The translations under genes were made by a program, and so were the position numbers. Under the pieces are notes generated by a model. It was not told where the DNA came from and searched no databases. It saw only the letters and a list, made by a program, of their open reading frames with translations. Below, piece by piece: positions 7,938-17,019 of a stretch of 33,236 nt of DNA (position 1 is the stretch's first letter; each line of letters opens with the position of its first letter). The stretch covers positions 1 to 33,236 of the IMG/VR virus record IMGVR_UViG_3300037423_001133; one strand, 5' to 3'. The stretch comes from a virus. Its lineage: Duplodnaviria > Caudoviricetes.

Positions 7938-8284
7938 TGGCTTACGGTGATTACGCAGATTGCGCGGCGCAGGCTCAGAACGCCCAGATGGCGGGCGGAG
8001 GCATCGCGGCTGGCGATCCGATGAGAAATGCGACGTTGGCCAAGCAGCAGCCAATGCGCGAGCGGGTCCAGGTTGCTCACAAGCGGGCAACGGGAATTGT
8101 CGCCATGCTGGCGAACCTGACCAATGCCGTGATACTGCCGAGCGTGCTTTCAGGTGACGGGCAGAGCATCGATCAGGTCAAGGACTCCACCCTGAGCGGC
8201 GACATCGATGAACTGGCCCGCGCTATCAACACGATCGAGAGCCAGGTCGCAAAACTGTCGATCGCCATCACCGGCGCCCCATGA
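7937..8284 (+). CDS. Hypothetical two-helix protein
   Basis: AGGAG RBS; TGATG overlap. Confidence 0.7.
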   Translation: MAYGDYADCAAQAQNAQMAGGGIAAGDPMRNATLAKQQPMRERVQVAHKRATGIVAMLANLTNAVILPSVLSGDGQSIDQVKDSTLSGDIDELARAINTIESQVAKLSIAITGAP

Positions 8285-8306
8285 ACCGGGATTTTGGGGA
8301 GGGGTG

Positions 8307-8402
8307 ATGGACCTGCTGCGAACCTTCCTCCGCGCCATAGCCAGGGGTGCGGGATGGACGATTGGACGGGATCTGGTGCGGTTTTTCGAAGGGAGGCGAT
8401 GA
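8307..8402 (+). CDS. 31-aa amphipathic peptide
   Basis: GGGAGG RBS; MDLLRTFLRAIARGAGWTIGRDLVRFFEGRR; ATGA overlap with the next gene. Confidence 0.55.
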   Translation: MDLLRTFLRAIARGAGWTIGRDLVRFFEGRR

Positions 8403-8596
8403 TGCGGGGACGGCCAGCCATCCAGGCGCAACGCATTCGCAGCATGGCTTGGGATATGCATTCAGCAGGTGAGCGGGTGAACAAATCACGCATTGCGCGC
8501 GAACTTCACGCGCCCATTCGCACGGTGTTTCGGGTCCTGAAAAAAAATGCGCGGCATGAATTTTGTCATATGCCGGAAGCTATTTCGTTGGTGTAA
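8399..8596 (+). CDS. Small HTH DNA-binding protein, candidate late regulator
   Basis: GGGAGG RBS; NKSRIARELHAPIRTVFRVLK HTH; sits at the early/late boundary. Confidence 0.7.
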   Translation: MMRGRPAIQAQRIRSMAWDMHSAGERVNKSRIARELHAPIRTVFRVLKKNARHEFCHMPEAISLV

Positions 8597-8609
8597 CTGG
8601 TCATCCGCC

Positions 8610-8849
8610 ATGAGCGCGGAAACCATCATCGTCATGATCGCCGCGCTCCTGTTTCTCGCAGGAGTAAACATCATGTCCGCAGCCCTCGATCGCATCACCG
8701 CATCGGTCAATTCCGCCGTCGACGCGCTCAACGCCGCGACCACGGCCGCACAGAACAACCCGAACAATGACGCTGCCCTGTCGCAGCTTGCCGACAATCT
8801 CGATGCTGCTGTGACGGCCTATCACAACGCCGTTCAGCCGACCGCTTAA
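8610..8849 (+). CDS. Ala/Asn-rich helical protein with optional N-terminal TM (alternative start 8673)
   Basis: TM IIVMIAALLFLAGV; internal AGGAG RBS before ATG 8673. Confidence 0.65.
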   Translation: MSAETIIVMIAALLFLAGVNIMSAALDRITASVNSAVDALNAATTAAQNNPNNDAALSQLADNLDAAVTAYHNAVQPTA

Positions 8850-8852
8850 TCC

Positions 8853-9173
8853 ATGCCCGGGGGGGCACAGGATAAGCCGCAAGGGAGCCCGGACAGTCAA
8901 GCTGATCCGGGTTCTCGTGCTGCGTCTAAAGTAGGGGCAGGTAGAAAAAAGACCGGTGGTCGGACCAAGGGTACGCCCAACAAGACCACTGGCGCGCTCA
9001 AGGACATGATCCTTCAGGCGCTGAGCAACAAGGGCGGCATCAAATACCTTGAGCAACAGGCAGATGAGAACCCGACCGCATTCATGACCTTGGTCGGCAA
9101 GGTTCTACCGCTTCAGGTCAACGCGGAGCACTCGGGCGGCGTGACGGTCGAGATTGTCAGGCTGACGCAATGA
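8853..9173 (+). CDS. terS: Terminase small subunit
   Basis: KTGGRTKGTPNKTT..LKDMILQAL..GGIKYL..FMTLVGKVLP; immediately upstream of terL. Confidence 0.8.
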   Translation: MPGGAQDKPQGSPDSQADPGSRAASKVGAGRKKTGGRTKGTPNKTTGALKDMILQALSNKGGIKYLEQQADENPTAFMTLVGKVLPLQVNAEHSGGVTVEIVRLTQ

Positions 9174-10555
9174 CCCGCATTCGCCTCCCTCATAACGGCT
9201 GGCGCCCGCGTCATCACCAGATGCGCGCATGGTCGTACCTTGAGAACGGCGGCCGGCATGCCGAACTGATTTGGCACCGCCGCGCCGGCAAGGATGAGAT
9301 TTGCCTCCATTGGGCCGCCATCGCCGCTCACCAGCGCGTTGCGACTTACTGGCATATGCTGCCGGAAGCGTCGCAGGCCCGCAAAGCCATATGGGAAGCG
9401 ATCAACCCTCACACGGGCATTCGACGGATCGACGAGGCATTCCCGCATGAACTGCGTGCCACGACCCGTGAGCAGGAAATGCTCATCAAGTTCAAGTGCG
9501 GCAGCACTTGGCAGGTCGTCGGCTCGGACAATTTCAACAGCCTGGTCGGCTCGCCTCCTGCGGGCATCACCTATTCCGAATGGGCGCTGGCCAAACCAAC
9601 GGCCCGCGCCATGCTGCGTCCGATCCTGCTGGAGAATGGCGGCTGGCAGCTGTTCATCACGACCCCGCGCGGCAAGAACCACGCCTACAACACCTATACA
9701 GCGGCCAAGGGCGACATGGCGGCCGGCAAGCCCGTATTCGCCCAATTGCTCACCGCGAACGACACGGGCGCGCTCACCGCTGAGCAGCTTGAGGAAGAGC
9801 GGCAGAGCTACATTAACGATTATGGCGAAGAGGCTGGGGAAGCCTATTTCCGCCAGGAGTATCTGTGCGATTTCGACGCGGCGATCCTGGGCGCGATCTT
9901 CGGTTCGGAAATGCGCCGGGCGCTTGATTCAGACCGCATCTGCAAGCTCGATATCGATCCGAATGTCCCGGTCGAGACGGCGTGGGATCTTGGGCGCACC
10001 GATGACACGGGGATATGGTTTTTCCAGCGTGTCAGGGGCGAGAAGCGCTTCATCGACTATTACGGCGCGAGCGGGCTCGACATCCCCGATTATGTCGATG
10101 TGCTGCGACAGAAGGGCTATCGCTACGGCGATCACTGGCTACCCCACGACGCCAAGCCGATCACCCTCGCGAGCGGCGGCAAGTCGATCTACGAACAGCT
10201 TTATACGCTGGGCGTCAAAGGGCGGATCGTCCCTCGTCTGACGGTGCAGGACGGCATTCAGGCTGCCCGCATGATCTTCCCCGTCTCCTATTTCGATATG
10301 GACCGGTGCGCGGACGGGATCGAATGCCTGCGCGCCTATCAGCGCAAATGGAATGAAGAGACGCGCACCTTCGGCCAGGCGCCCTTGCATAACTGGGCCA
10401 GCCATGGGGCGGACGCTTTCAGAATGGCGGCTGTGGCGATGCGCGATGGGGATGCGGCGCCCACCAAGCCCGCGCCGCCCAAGACGCTGGAAACCATGAG
10501 CATCAACGAATTGTGGGAGCGCACCCGCGCCAGCAACGGAAGGAAACGGATATGA
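9170..10555 (+). CDS. terL: Terminase large subunit
   Basis: HRRAGKD Walker A, YSEW Walker B, ITTPRGKNH, FRQEYLCDF, AWDLG nuclease, SHGADAFR. Confidence 0.95.
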   Translation: MTRIRLPHNGWRPRHHQMRAWSYLENGGRHAELIWHRRAGKDEICLHWAAIAAHQRVATYWHMLPEASQARKAIWEAINPHTGIRRIDEAFPHELRATTREQEMLIKFKCGSTWQVVGSDNFNSLVGSPPAGITYSEWALAKPTARAMLRPILLENGGWQLFITTPRGKNHAYNTYTAAKGDMAAGKPVFAQLLTANDTGALTAEQLEEERQSYINDYGEEAGEAYFRQEYLCDFDAAILGAIFGSEMRRALDSDRICKLDIDPNVPVETAWDLGRTDDTGIWFFQRVRGEKRFIDYYGASGLDIPDYVDVLRQKGYRYGDHWLPHDAKPITLASGGKSIYEQLYTLGVKGRIVPRLTVQDGIQAARMIFPVSYFDMDRCADGIECLRAYQRKWNEETRTFGQAPLHNWASHGADAFRMAAVAMRDGDAAPTKPAPPKTLETMSINELWERTRASNGRKRI

Positions 10556-10803
10556 GCGTCCATGAAGCAATCAGCCAGGCAACGTCTGGTCAGGCGATCG
10601 ACCTGAGCAGCGCCGATTACGACATCAGCGGCAAGCTATCGATGCGCGGCATTTTGGTCGGCGTGGCTGGCAACGTCGTTGGTCGTCTCACCCATGACGC
10701 CGCCGATGTGACCTATCCGTTGCAGGCTGGCGAGCATCCATTGCGCTTCGTCATCATCCGCAAGACCGGCACCACCGCAACCGGCTTGGTGGCGCTCTTC
10801 TGA
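10552..10803 (+). CDS. Head-spike base protein (RcGTA Rcc01079-like)
   Basis: 83 aa; RGILVGVAGNV...AGEHPLRFVIIRKTGTTATGLVALF matches the recalled family pattern R.lyVG..G.v...G..lP.r...v..TGTTAt.ivaL. Confidence 0.8.
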   Translation: MSVHEAISQATSGQAIDLSSADYDISGKLSMRGILVGVAGNVVGRLTHDAADVTYPLQAGEHPLRFVIIRKTGTTATGLVALF

Positions 10804-12992
10804 TGGCCAAGTCTCCGCAGAAATCGGCCGATGTCGCCCGCTTCCTGCGGATCGTCGAGGCGTATGAGAAGAAATACGAGAACGAGTGGCACAAGCGCGC
10901 CACCAAGGTGATCGATCGCTTCTCCGACGAGCGCAAGGAGATCGAGAACACGCGCTCGCGGTTCAACCTGCTATGGTCGAACGTCGAGACGCTGAAGCCC
11001 TTTCTCTATTCTAACACGCCCAAGCCGATCGTGCAGCCTCGCGTGGATGAGGATGACGAGATCGCCGCGATGGCGTGCCAGGTTCTCGAACGCGCTCTGA
11101 CCTTCTTCGTGGCGGAAGAGCATTTCGGCTCGACGCTGCGCTATGCCCGCGATGATTATCTGCTGCCGGGCCGTGGATCGGCATGGGTGCGCTACGTCCC
11201 CCACATGAAGCCCGCTCAGGTCGAGGATGTGAGCGAGACGCCGGCCGATGAAGAGGACGGTGCGGAGACACAAGAGCCGCAGGAAATCGTGGCGTTCGAA
11301 GAGGTCATCCCGGATTTCGTGCTGTGGCGCGATTTCGGCCACACCGTGGCGCGCACCTGGGAAGAGGTGGATTGCGTCTGGCGCCGGGTGAAGATGAGCC
11401 GCAAGGCGCTGGTCAAGCGCTTCGGCGATGTCGGCGAAAAGGTCTCACTGGACTGCTCCGCCACCACAGACGGCAAGGTCAAGGAGCCGGACGAAGATAA
11501 CGATCGCGCCGAGGTCTACGAACTTTGGTGCAAATCCGAGAAGCGCGCGGTGTGGTTCACCAAGAGCTATCCCGAACTGCTGGATGATCAGGAAGATCCG
11601 CTGCGCCTGCCGCATTTCTTCCCGTGCCCACGTCCGGTCTATGCCACGCTGCGTACGGACAGCCTCGTCCCCATTCCCGATTATATCGAATATCAGGATC
11701 AGGCACGCGAGCTGGACGACCTGACGGCCCGGATCAACGCGCTCACCGATGCGGTGAAGGCGGCTGGTGTCTATGACAAGAACGTGCCCGGCCTCCAGCG
11801 GCTGTTGGACGATGGCCACGACAACACGCTTGTTCCGGTCGATAGCTGGGCGGCGCTGGCGGAAAAGGGCGGTCTCAAGGGCGTGATCGAACTCCTGCCG
11901 ATGCAGGAAATCGCCGAAACCCTGATGATCCTCTACAAGGCTCGTGATGCGGTCAAGGCCGACTGCTACGAGATCACGGGTATGTCGGACATCATCCGGG
12001 GCAACACCGCTCCGGAAGAGACGGCGACGGCGCAACAGATCAAGTCAAATTTCGCCACCAAGCGGCTCGCGGAGCGGCAGGCGGAGGTCGAGCGCTTCGC
12101 GCGTAACCTGATCGATATCATGGGACAGGTCATTGCTGGCCTGTTCTCGTTCGAGACGCTGGCCAAGATCACCGGGGTGAAGCTGATCCCGGACCAAGCG
12201 ACGAAACAGCAGCTCCAGCAGCTTCAACAGGCTCCCCAGCCCAACGCTCCACCCATCCCCAAGGATGCGATGGAGGCCATGACCAAGCCCACGTGGGAAG
12301 AGGTCATGCAGCTATTGCGCGACGAGCCCAGCCGGCGCTTCCGGATCGACATCGAGACGGACAGCATGGTCGCCGCCGACGATGCTCAGGAACAGCAGGC
12401 GCGCACGCAATTCCTCGAGATGGCGGGTCAGTTCCTCAATCAGGCGATGCAGGCTGGTGCCGCTCACCCCGAGATGGCGCCGCTCTTGGGCCGCATGCTC
12501 ATGTTCGGGGTGCAGGGCTTCCGAGTCGGCCGCGATCTGGACGACGCCTTCAAGCAGTTCATCGAGGACATGGAAAAGCGGGCTCAGCAGGCCCAGCAGC
12601 AGGGTCCGCAGCCGTCGCCCGATATCATGAAGATCCAGGGCGAATTGAAGCTGAAGCAACAGTCGCAGCAGTTCGACCAGCAGCTTCGCCAGCAGCAATA
12701 CAAATCGGATTGCGCGCGAGCCGACGCCGATCAGCAGCATCGCCACCAGATGGACGTTGCCAGCGCTCAGACCGATGCGGCGCGCAACGATCACTCGGCG
12801 ATGTTCGACAGCATGCAGGCGCGCTTCGATGCGCACATGCAGCAGCAGCAGGCGATGGTCACAGCCTCGCTGGAGAAGTTCAAGGCGCTGCTCACGGCCA
12901 AGACGCAGATCGAGGTCGCGGAGATCAACGCGCAATCGAAGTTGGACGCGGCTCAGGTGAGCGCGGCCAATCAGGCAACGGAGGACGAGTGA
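10803..12992 (+). CDS. Portal protein (podovirus type, long Gln-rich C-terminal barrel)
   Basis: 729 aa after terL; FNLLWSNVETL, YEITGMSDIIRG..ETATAQQIK; coiled-coil tail. Confidence 0.88.
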   Translation: MAKSPQKSADVARFLRIVEAYEKKYENEWHKRATKVIDRFSDERKEIENTRSRFNLLWSNVETLKPFLYSNTPKPIVQPRVDEDDEIAAMACQVLERALTFFVAEEHFGSTLRYARDDYLLPGRGSAWVRYVPHMKPAQVEDVSETPADEEDGAETQEPQEIVAFEEVIPDFVLWRDFGHTVARTWEEVDCVWRRVKMSRKALVKRFGDVGEKVSLDCSATTDGKVKEPDEDNDRAEVYELWCKSEKRAVWFTKSYPELLDDQEDPLRLPHFFPCPRPVYATLRTDSLVPIPDYIEYQDQARELDDLTARINALTDAVKAAGVYDKNVPGLQRLLDDGHDNTLVPVDSWAALAEKGGLKGVIELLPMQEIAETLMILYKARDAVKADCYEITGMSDIIRGNTAPEETATAQQIKSNFATKRLAERQAEVERFARNLIDIMGQVIAGLFSFETLAKITGVKLIPDQATKQQLQQLQQAPQPNAPPIPKDAMEAMTKPTWEEVMQLLRDEPSRRFRIDIETDSMVAADDAQEQQARTQFLEMAGQFLNQAMQAGAAHPEMAPLLGRMLMFGVQGFRVGRDLDDAFKQFIEDMEKRAQQAQQQGPQPSPDIMKIQGELKLKQQSQQFDQQLRQQQYKSDCARADADQQHRHQMDVASAQTDAARNDHSAMFDSMQARFDAHMQQQQAMVTASLEKFKALLTAKTQIEVAEINAQSKLDAAQVSAANQATEDE

Positions 12993-13351
12993 TGAACATG
13001 GACCAGATCGATAACCAGTATGCTCACCTTCGGGGAGCGCTCGACGCTACCGCGCGTGACGCAGGTCTGAGGAATGCCACTCAAGCGCAAGAACAGCCCG
13101 CTCTATCCTTGATCGCTACCCGCCTGCAACAAGTGGCGGCACAGGTGCACGCAAGCGCCCAATCGGCCGATTTGACGGCGCAGCGTACGTTCGGTGAGGC
13201 GCCATGCTCGACGGCCGGAGCGGGCACTAATCAACTGAAGGCCTGTGAGCCCAATGGAGCGATCGAGCAGATCAACAGCCTGATCAGCGAGATCAATAAT
13301 GGCTTGGTTTTGCTCGCCTATGGGCTCGACAGGCTCGATCGGCTGGCCTGA
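12992..13351 (+). CDS. Hypothetical two-helix protein (possible paralog of 7937..8284)
   Basis: GGAGG RBS; TGATG overlaps at both ends. Confidence 0.65.
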   Translation: MNMDQIDNQYAHLRGALDATARDAGLRNATQAQEQPALSLIATRLQQVAAQVHASAQSADLTAQRTFGEAPCSTAGAGTNQLKACEPNGAIEQINSLISEINNGLVLLAYGLDRLDRLA

Positions 13352-13704
13352 TGCCCCTCTATGACTTCAGATGCGAAGACGGCCATACCCGCGAGGAATA
13401 TCGCAGCTACGAAAAGCGCGACGATCCTGCGGCATGCGAATGCGGCAAGCCTCTCACCCGTGTGTGGCTGCCGCCTCAAGTCATGCGCGACATCGAGGGC
13501 TATCAATCCATGGTCGACGGATCGTGGATCGGCAGCCGATCGCAGCACCGCGAGCATTTGAAGCGCCACGGCATGCGCGAGCTTGGCAACGAGAAACCAG
13601 ACTTCACCAAGCGCGGGCCGACTGTCCCGCGCGATTCAATCCGGCGTGAGATCAAGACATCGGTCGAGCGCATGAAAGCCGAGGGGAAATGGCGTGTCCG
13701 TTGA
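13351..13704 (+). CDS. FmdB-like zinc-ribbon protein
   Basis: MPLYDFRCEDGH...ACECG N-terminus. Confidence 0.8.
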   Translation: MPLYDFRCEDGHTREEYRSYEKRDDPAACECGKPLTRVWLPPQVMRDIEGYQSMVDGSWIGSRSQHREHLKRHGMRELGNEKPDFTKRGPTVPRDSIRREIKTSVERMKAEGKWRVR

Positions 13705-14746
13705 AGATCAGGATGGCGCGCCTGGCGCCGAAACCAGCCTGCGTGATGACCTTGCGTCGGCGATGAATGCCATCAAGGAGCGGGAAGCCGCGCCGGCTGC
13801 CGCTGCCAACGAAGATGCGCCACCTGCCGCCGATAAGCCCGAGGCTGACGACAAGCCCGCGCGCTCCGATGGGCGCAACGAGCGTGGCCAGTTCGCCGGC
13901 AAGCCGAAGGAAGCGGAGGAGGCGCCCGCAGCCGAGGCCAAGCCCGCCGAACAGTCCGACGCGCCCAAGTCGCTCCGCCCCGATGAAGTCGCGGAATGGG
14001 CCGGAACGCCCGTCAAGGTGCGCGAAGCCTTCCTGCGCCGCGAGAAGGAGATTTCGGCGCTGGTCGGGCGGCAGGACACCGAACGCCAATTCGGTAAGGA
14101 GGTCGCGGATATCATCCGCCCCTATCACGACGACATCACGCGCTCCGGAGCAACGCCTCAGCAAGCGCTACAGGTGCTGTTCACCAACCATAAGCTGCTC
14201 AATTCGAACAACATGCAGGAGAAGGTGGATACCGCCCGTCGCCTTCTGCATTCGTACGGCATCAATCCAGCGCTGCTCGCCCAGCCTGATCCGCGCTTCC
14301 CGCAAGACCCCCACATGCTCGCAATCATGCGCGAGGTAGAAAGCTTGCGTGCCCAGGTCGCACGGCCTCAGCAGCAACAGCAATACGCTCCCTTGCCCCA
14401 AGGGCAGGAGGATGGTAATGTCGTATCCGACATCGAGGCGTTTCGGTCCGATCCGGCGCATCCTCACTTTGAACAGGTCTCCGGCCACATGGCCGCCCTG
14501 ATCGAAAGCGGAGCCGCCCCAGATCTGGAGAGCGCCTATCAGATGGCCGTGTTGGCTCAGCCAGCACTCCGCTCCACGCCTCAGGCCGCACCGGCCTTGG
14601 AGACGCAGCGATCCGAACATGCCGCCGCCGCTCGTCGAGCAGCCGTGTCGGTTCAGGGGTCGCCCGGAGCAGCCGGAAATCCCCGCCCCGCCACACTTCG
14701 CGATGAGCTTCGTGAACAACTGCGAGCAGCCGGCTTCGGTCGCTGA
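13694..14746 (+). CDS. Capsid scaffolding protein
   Basis: Acidic Ala/Pro-rich N-terminus, RNERGQFA motif, helical core; directly before the capsid gene. Confidence 0.8.
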   Translation: MSVEDQDGAPGAETSLRDDLASAMNAIKEREAAPAAAANEDAPPAADKPEADDKPARSDGRNERGQFAGKPKEAEEAPAAEAKPAEQSDAPKSLRPDEVAEWAGTPVKVREAFLRREKEISALVGRQDTERQFGKEVADIIRPYHDDITRSGATPQQALQVLFTNHKLLNSNNMQEKVDTARRLLHSYGINPALLAQPDPRFPQDPHMLAIMREVESLRAQVARPQQQQQYAPLPQGQEDGNVVSDIEAFRSDPAHPHFEQVSGHMAALIESGAAPDLESAYQMAVLAQPALRSTPQAAPALETQRSEHAAAARRAAVSVQGSPGAAGNPRPATLRDELREQLRAAGFGR

Positions 14747-14767
14747 CGCGGGCAAGGGTCAACCATC

Positions 14768-15763
14768 ATGGGTCTCATCAATCCCTCCTCGACGATGAGC
14801 GAAATCGTCACGACCACTCTCCGGAACCGCTCCGGCGAGTTGGCCGATAACTACACCAAGAATAACGCTCTCCTGAAGCGCCTGAAGAAGCGCGGCACGG
14901 TCAAGCCCGTGTCGGGTGGGCGCACGATCGTTCAGGAAGTCGCATACGCTGAGAATGGCACGTTCAAGCGCTACAGCGGCTACGAAACCGTGAACATCGC
15001 GCCGTCCGACGTGATCAGCGCGGCGGAGTTCAACTGGGCCCAGGCTGCCGTCGCCGTCACCATCTCGGGCGCAGAAGCCCTGATGAACAGTGGCGAAGAC
15101 GCCATCCTCGATCTGCTGGAAGAGCGCGTCAACAATGCGGTTGGCACCCTGACCAACAACATTGCGCTGGACGCCTATTCGGACGGCACTGCCGACGGTG
15201 GGCGACAGATCGGTGGTCTCGCGCTCCTGATCGCGAACAACCCCACCACCGGCGTGGTCGGCGGGTTCGACCGTTCCACCACGGCTGCGTCCTTCTGGCG
15301 CAACAAGAAGTGGAGCTGCAACTCGGATGGCGGTTCGGCGGCCTCGGCTGCGAACATCCAGTCGAACATGAACAAGCTCTACCTCAACCTGTGCCGTGGC
15401 GCGGATCGTCCCGATCTGATCGTTGCCGACAACAACTTCTACAACTTCTACTGGTCTTCGCTCCAGGCGATCCAGCGCATCACCAAGGACGATTCCGATA
15501 CGGTCGGCGCCGGCTTTGGCGAGCTGCGTTACATGGACGCCGACGTGGTGTGCGATGGCCTCATCGGTGGCGGCGCCCCCGCCAATACGATGTACTTCCT
15601 CAACACCAATTATCTGTATTTCCGCCCCCATCGGGATCGGAACTTCGTGCCGATCGGCGACGACCGGCAGTCCAGCAACCAGGACGCGATGGTGAAGCTG
15701 ATCGGCTTCATGGGCAATATGACCATGAGCAATGCTTCGCTGCAGGGCGTGTTGATCGCGTAA
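14768..15763 (+). CDS. Major capsid protein
   Basis: 331 aa; TTTLRNRSGELADN..NNALL..SGGRTI; position in head module; strong codon bias. Confidence 0.9.
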   Translation: MGLINPSSTMSEIVTTTLRNRSGELADNYTKNNALLKRLKKRGTVKPVSGGRTIVQEVAYAENGTFKRYSGYETVNIAPSDVISAAEFNWAQAAVAVTISGAEALMNSGEDAILDLLEERVNNAVGTLTNNIALDAYSDGTADGGRQIGGLALLIANNPTTGVVGGFDRSTTAASFWRNKKWSCNSDGGSAASAANIQSNMNKLYLNLCRGADRPDLIVADNNFYNFYWSSLQAIQRITKDDSDTVGAGFGELRYMDADVVCDGLIGGGAPANTMYFLNTNYLYFRPHRDRNFVPIGDDRQSSNQDAMVKLIGFMGNMTMSNASLQGVLIA

Positions 15764-15781
15764 TCGGAAAGGAACGAACCA

Positions 15782-16306
15782 ATGGCTTGGACCTCAGTAG
15801 ATCTTGCCCTGGGCGTCGTCGGCCTGACCGATGTCGATCCCACTCCCGGTGCCGTTGGGCGCTATCCGCAGTTCGGCGCCAAGGTGAAGGGCATTGATCC
15901 TTCGCTTGGTGGTGGCGAGTTCATCTTCCTCAAGGGCGTCGCGTCCTTGGCGGTGGGCGATGTCGTCACCTACAACGGCAATACCGGCGCAACCACGCGC
16001 TGGGCGGGAACGGCCAATACCGGTGCTCCGATCGCCGTCGCCATCACGACCCCTTCGTCCACCCAGGGCGGTTGGTTCCAGATCGGCGGCAATGCGGTGA
16101 TCAATTGCACGGGCACTGTCGCGGCGGGAGATCCTGCCTTCTTCAGCGCCACGGCATCGGTCAAGACCGCAGCGGCAGCCGGCAAGCAGGTGATGGGTGC
16201 GGTTGCTGATACGGCGAATGGCGCCACGGTCGGCACCATCACGCTCGCCAGCACGCAGGCCGTCTATTCGATCGATCGTCCGCACGTTCAGGGTCAGATC
16301 ACCTGA
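15782..16306 (+). CDS. Capsid decoration/cement protein
   Basis: Gly/Ala/Thr-rich beta protein after the capsid gene; GGGEFIFLKG; AAGGA RBS. Confidence 0.7.
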   Translation: MAWTSVDLALGVVGLTDVDPTPGAVGRYPQFGAKVKGIDPSLGGGEFIFLKGVASLAVGDVVTYNGNTGATTRWAGTANTGAPIAVAITTPSSTQGGWFQIGGNAVINCTGTVAAGDPAFFSATASVKTAAAAGKQVMGAVADTANGATVGTITLASTQAVYSIDRPHVQGQIT

Positions 16307-16320
16307 TCGTCAATCATCCT

Positions 16321-16357
16321 GCCCCGTCAGCGCTTCGGGGGAAGTCGCTGGCGGGGT
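16321..16357 (+). terminator. Stable hairpin after capsid/decoration genes
   Basis: GCCCCGTCAGCG-CTTC/GAAG-T-CGCTGGCGGGGT stem; weak U-tract, so an attenuator or mRNA stabiliser. Confidence 0.55.
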
Positions 16358-16386
16358 GAGCTTCTCGCTCCCCCGGAGATTGAACG

Positions 16387-17019
16387 ATGTCGGACAACTT
16401 CTCGGTCGATTGGGCCAGCGTCAACGCCAACATGGGCAACGGCCAAGCTGTTGCGATGGGCAAAGACACCGAATTCGAGGTCACCTTCTACATGGGCAAG
16501 ATGCCCAATGCGGACCTGACCGATTACACCGAAGTCCCCCATATCCGCTTGCAGGCGCCGGGCTCCAAGACGGTCTACGACCAGCCCGTCCGCATGGACA
16601 GCCATCCGAACCGCCCGTCCGATCCGGAGCGCTTTCCGCTCCAATGGGCGGCATTCCAGGCGGGCCAGAATTTTGGCGGCGACGGCACCCCGCTGACCGA
16701 ATTGGAAGGCATCAGCGAAAACGACATCCGCCGTCTTGAGCTGAACGGCATCCGCACCATCGAGAGCATGGCCCGCGTCGCCGATGGCCATTTGGACGGC
16801 CTAGGCTTTGGCGGTCGTGTTCTTCGCGATCGGGCTCGGGCTTATGCCATGGGTCGTCCCACGGTCGACCCGGAGAAGGCCGAGCTCAAGGATCAGGTGA
16901 GCAAGCTGACCGATATCGTCGGCGCGCTCATGGAAAAGCTAGGCGGCTCGATCGATGAGCTGATGCCTGCCCCAACCGAAGAGGCGCCCAAGCCGCGCCG
17001 GCAGAAGGCTGACGCCTGA
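16387..17019 (+). CDS. Conserved phage protein with HhH-like motif
   Basis: GTPLTELEGISENDIRRLELNGIRTIESMA..LDGLGFGG; GGAG RBS. Confidence 0.75.
   Translation: MSDNFSVDWASVNANMGNGQAVAMGKDTEFEVTFYMGKMPNADLTDYTEVPHIRLQAPGSKTVYDQPVRMDSHPNRPSDPERFPLQWAAFQAGQNFGGDGTPLTELEGISENDIRRLELNGIRTIESMARVADGHLDGLGFGGRVLRDRARAYAMGRPTVDPEKAELKDQVSKLTDIVGALMEKLGGSIDELMPAPTEEAPKPRRQKADA

Noticed and set aside
12293-12991. 352-aa ORF overlapping the portal
   Set aside because: Off-frame GC-rich read-through; only the part from ATG 12992 has an RBS and coupling.
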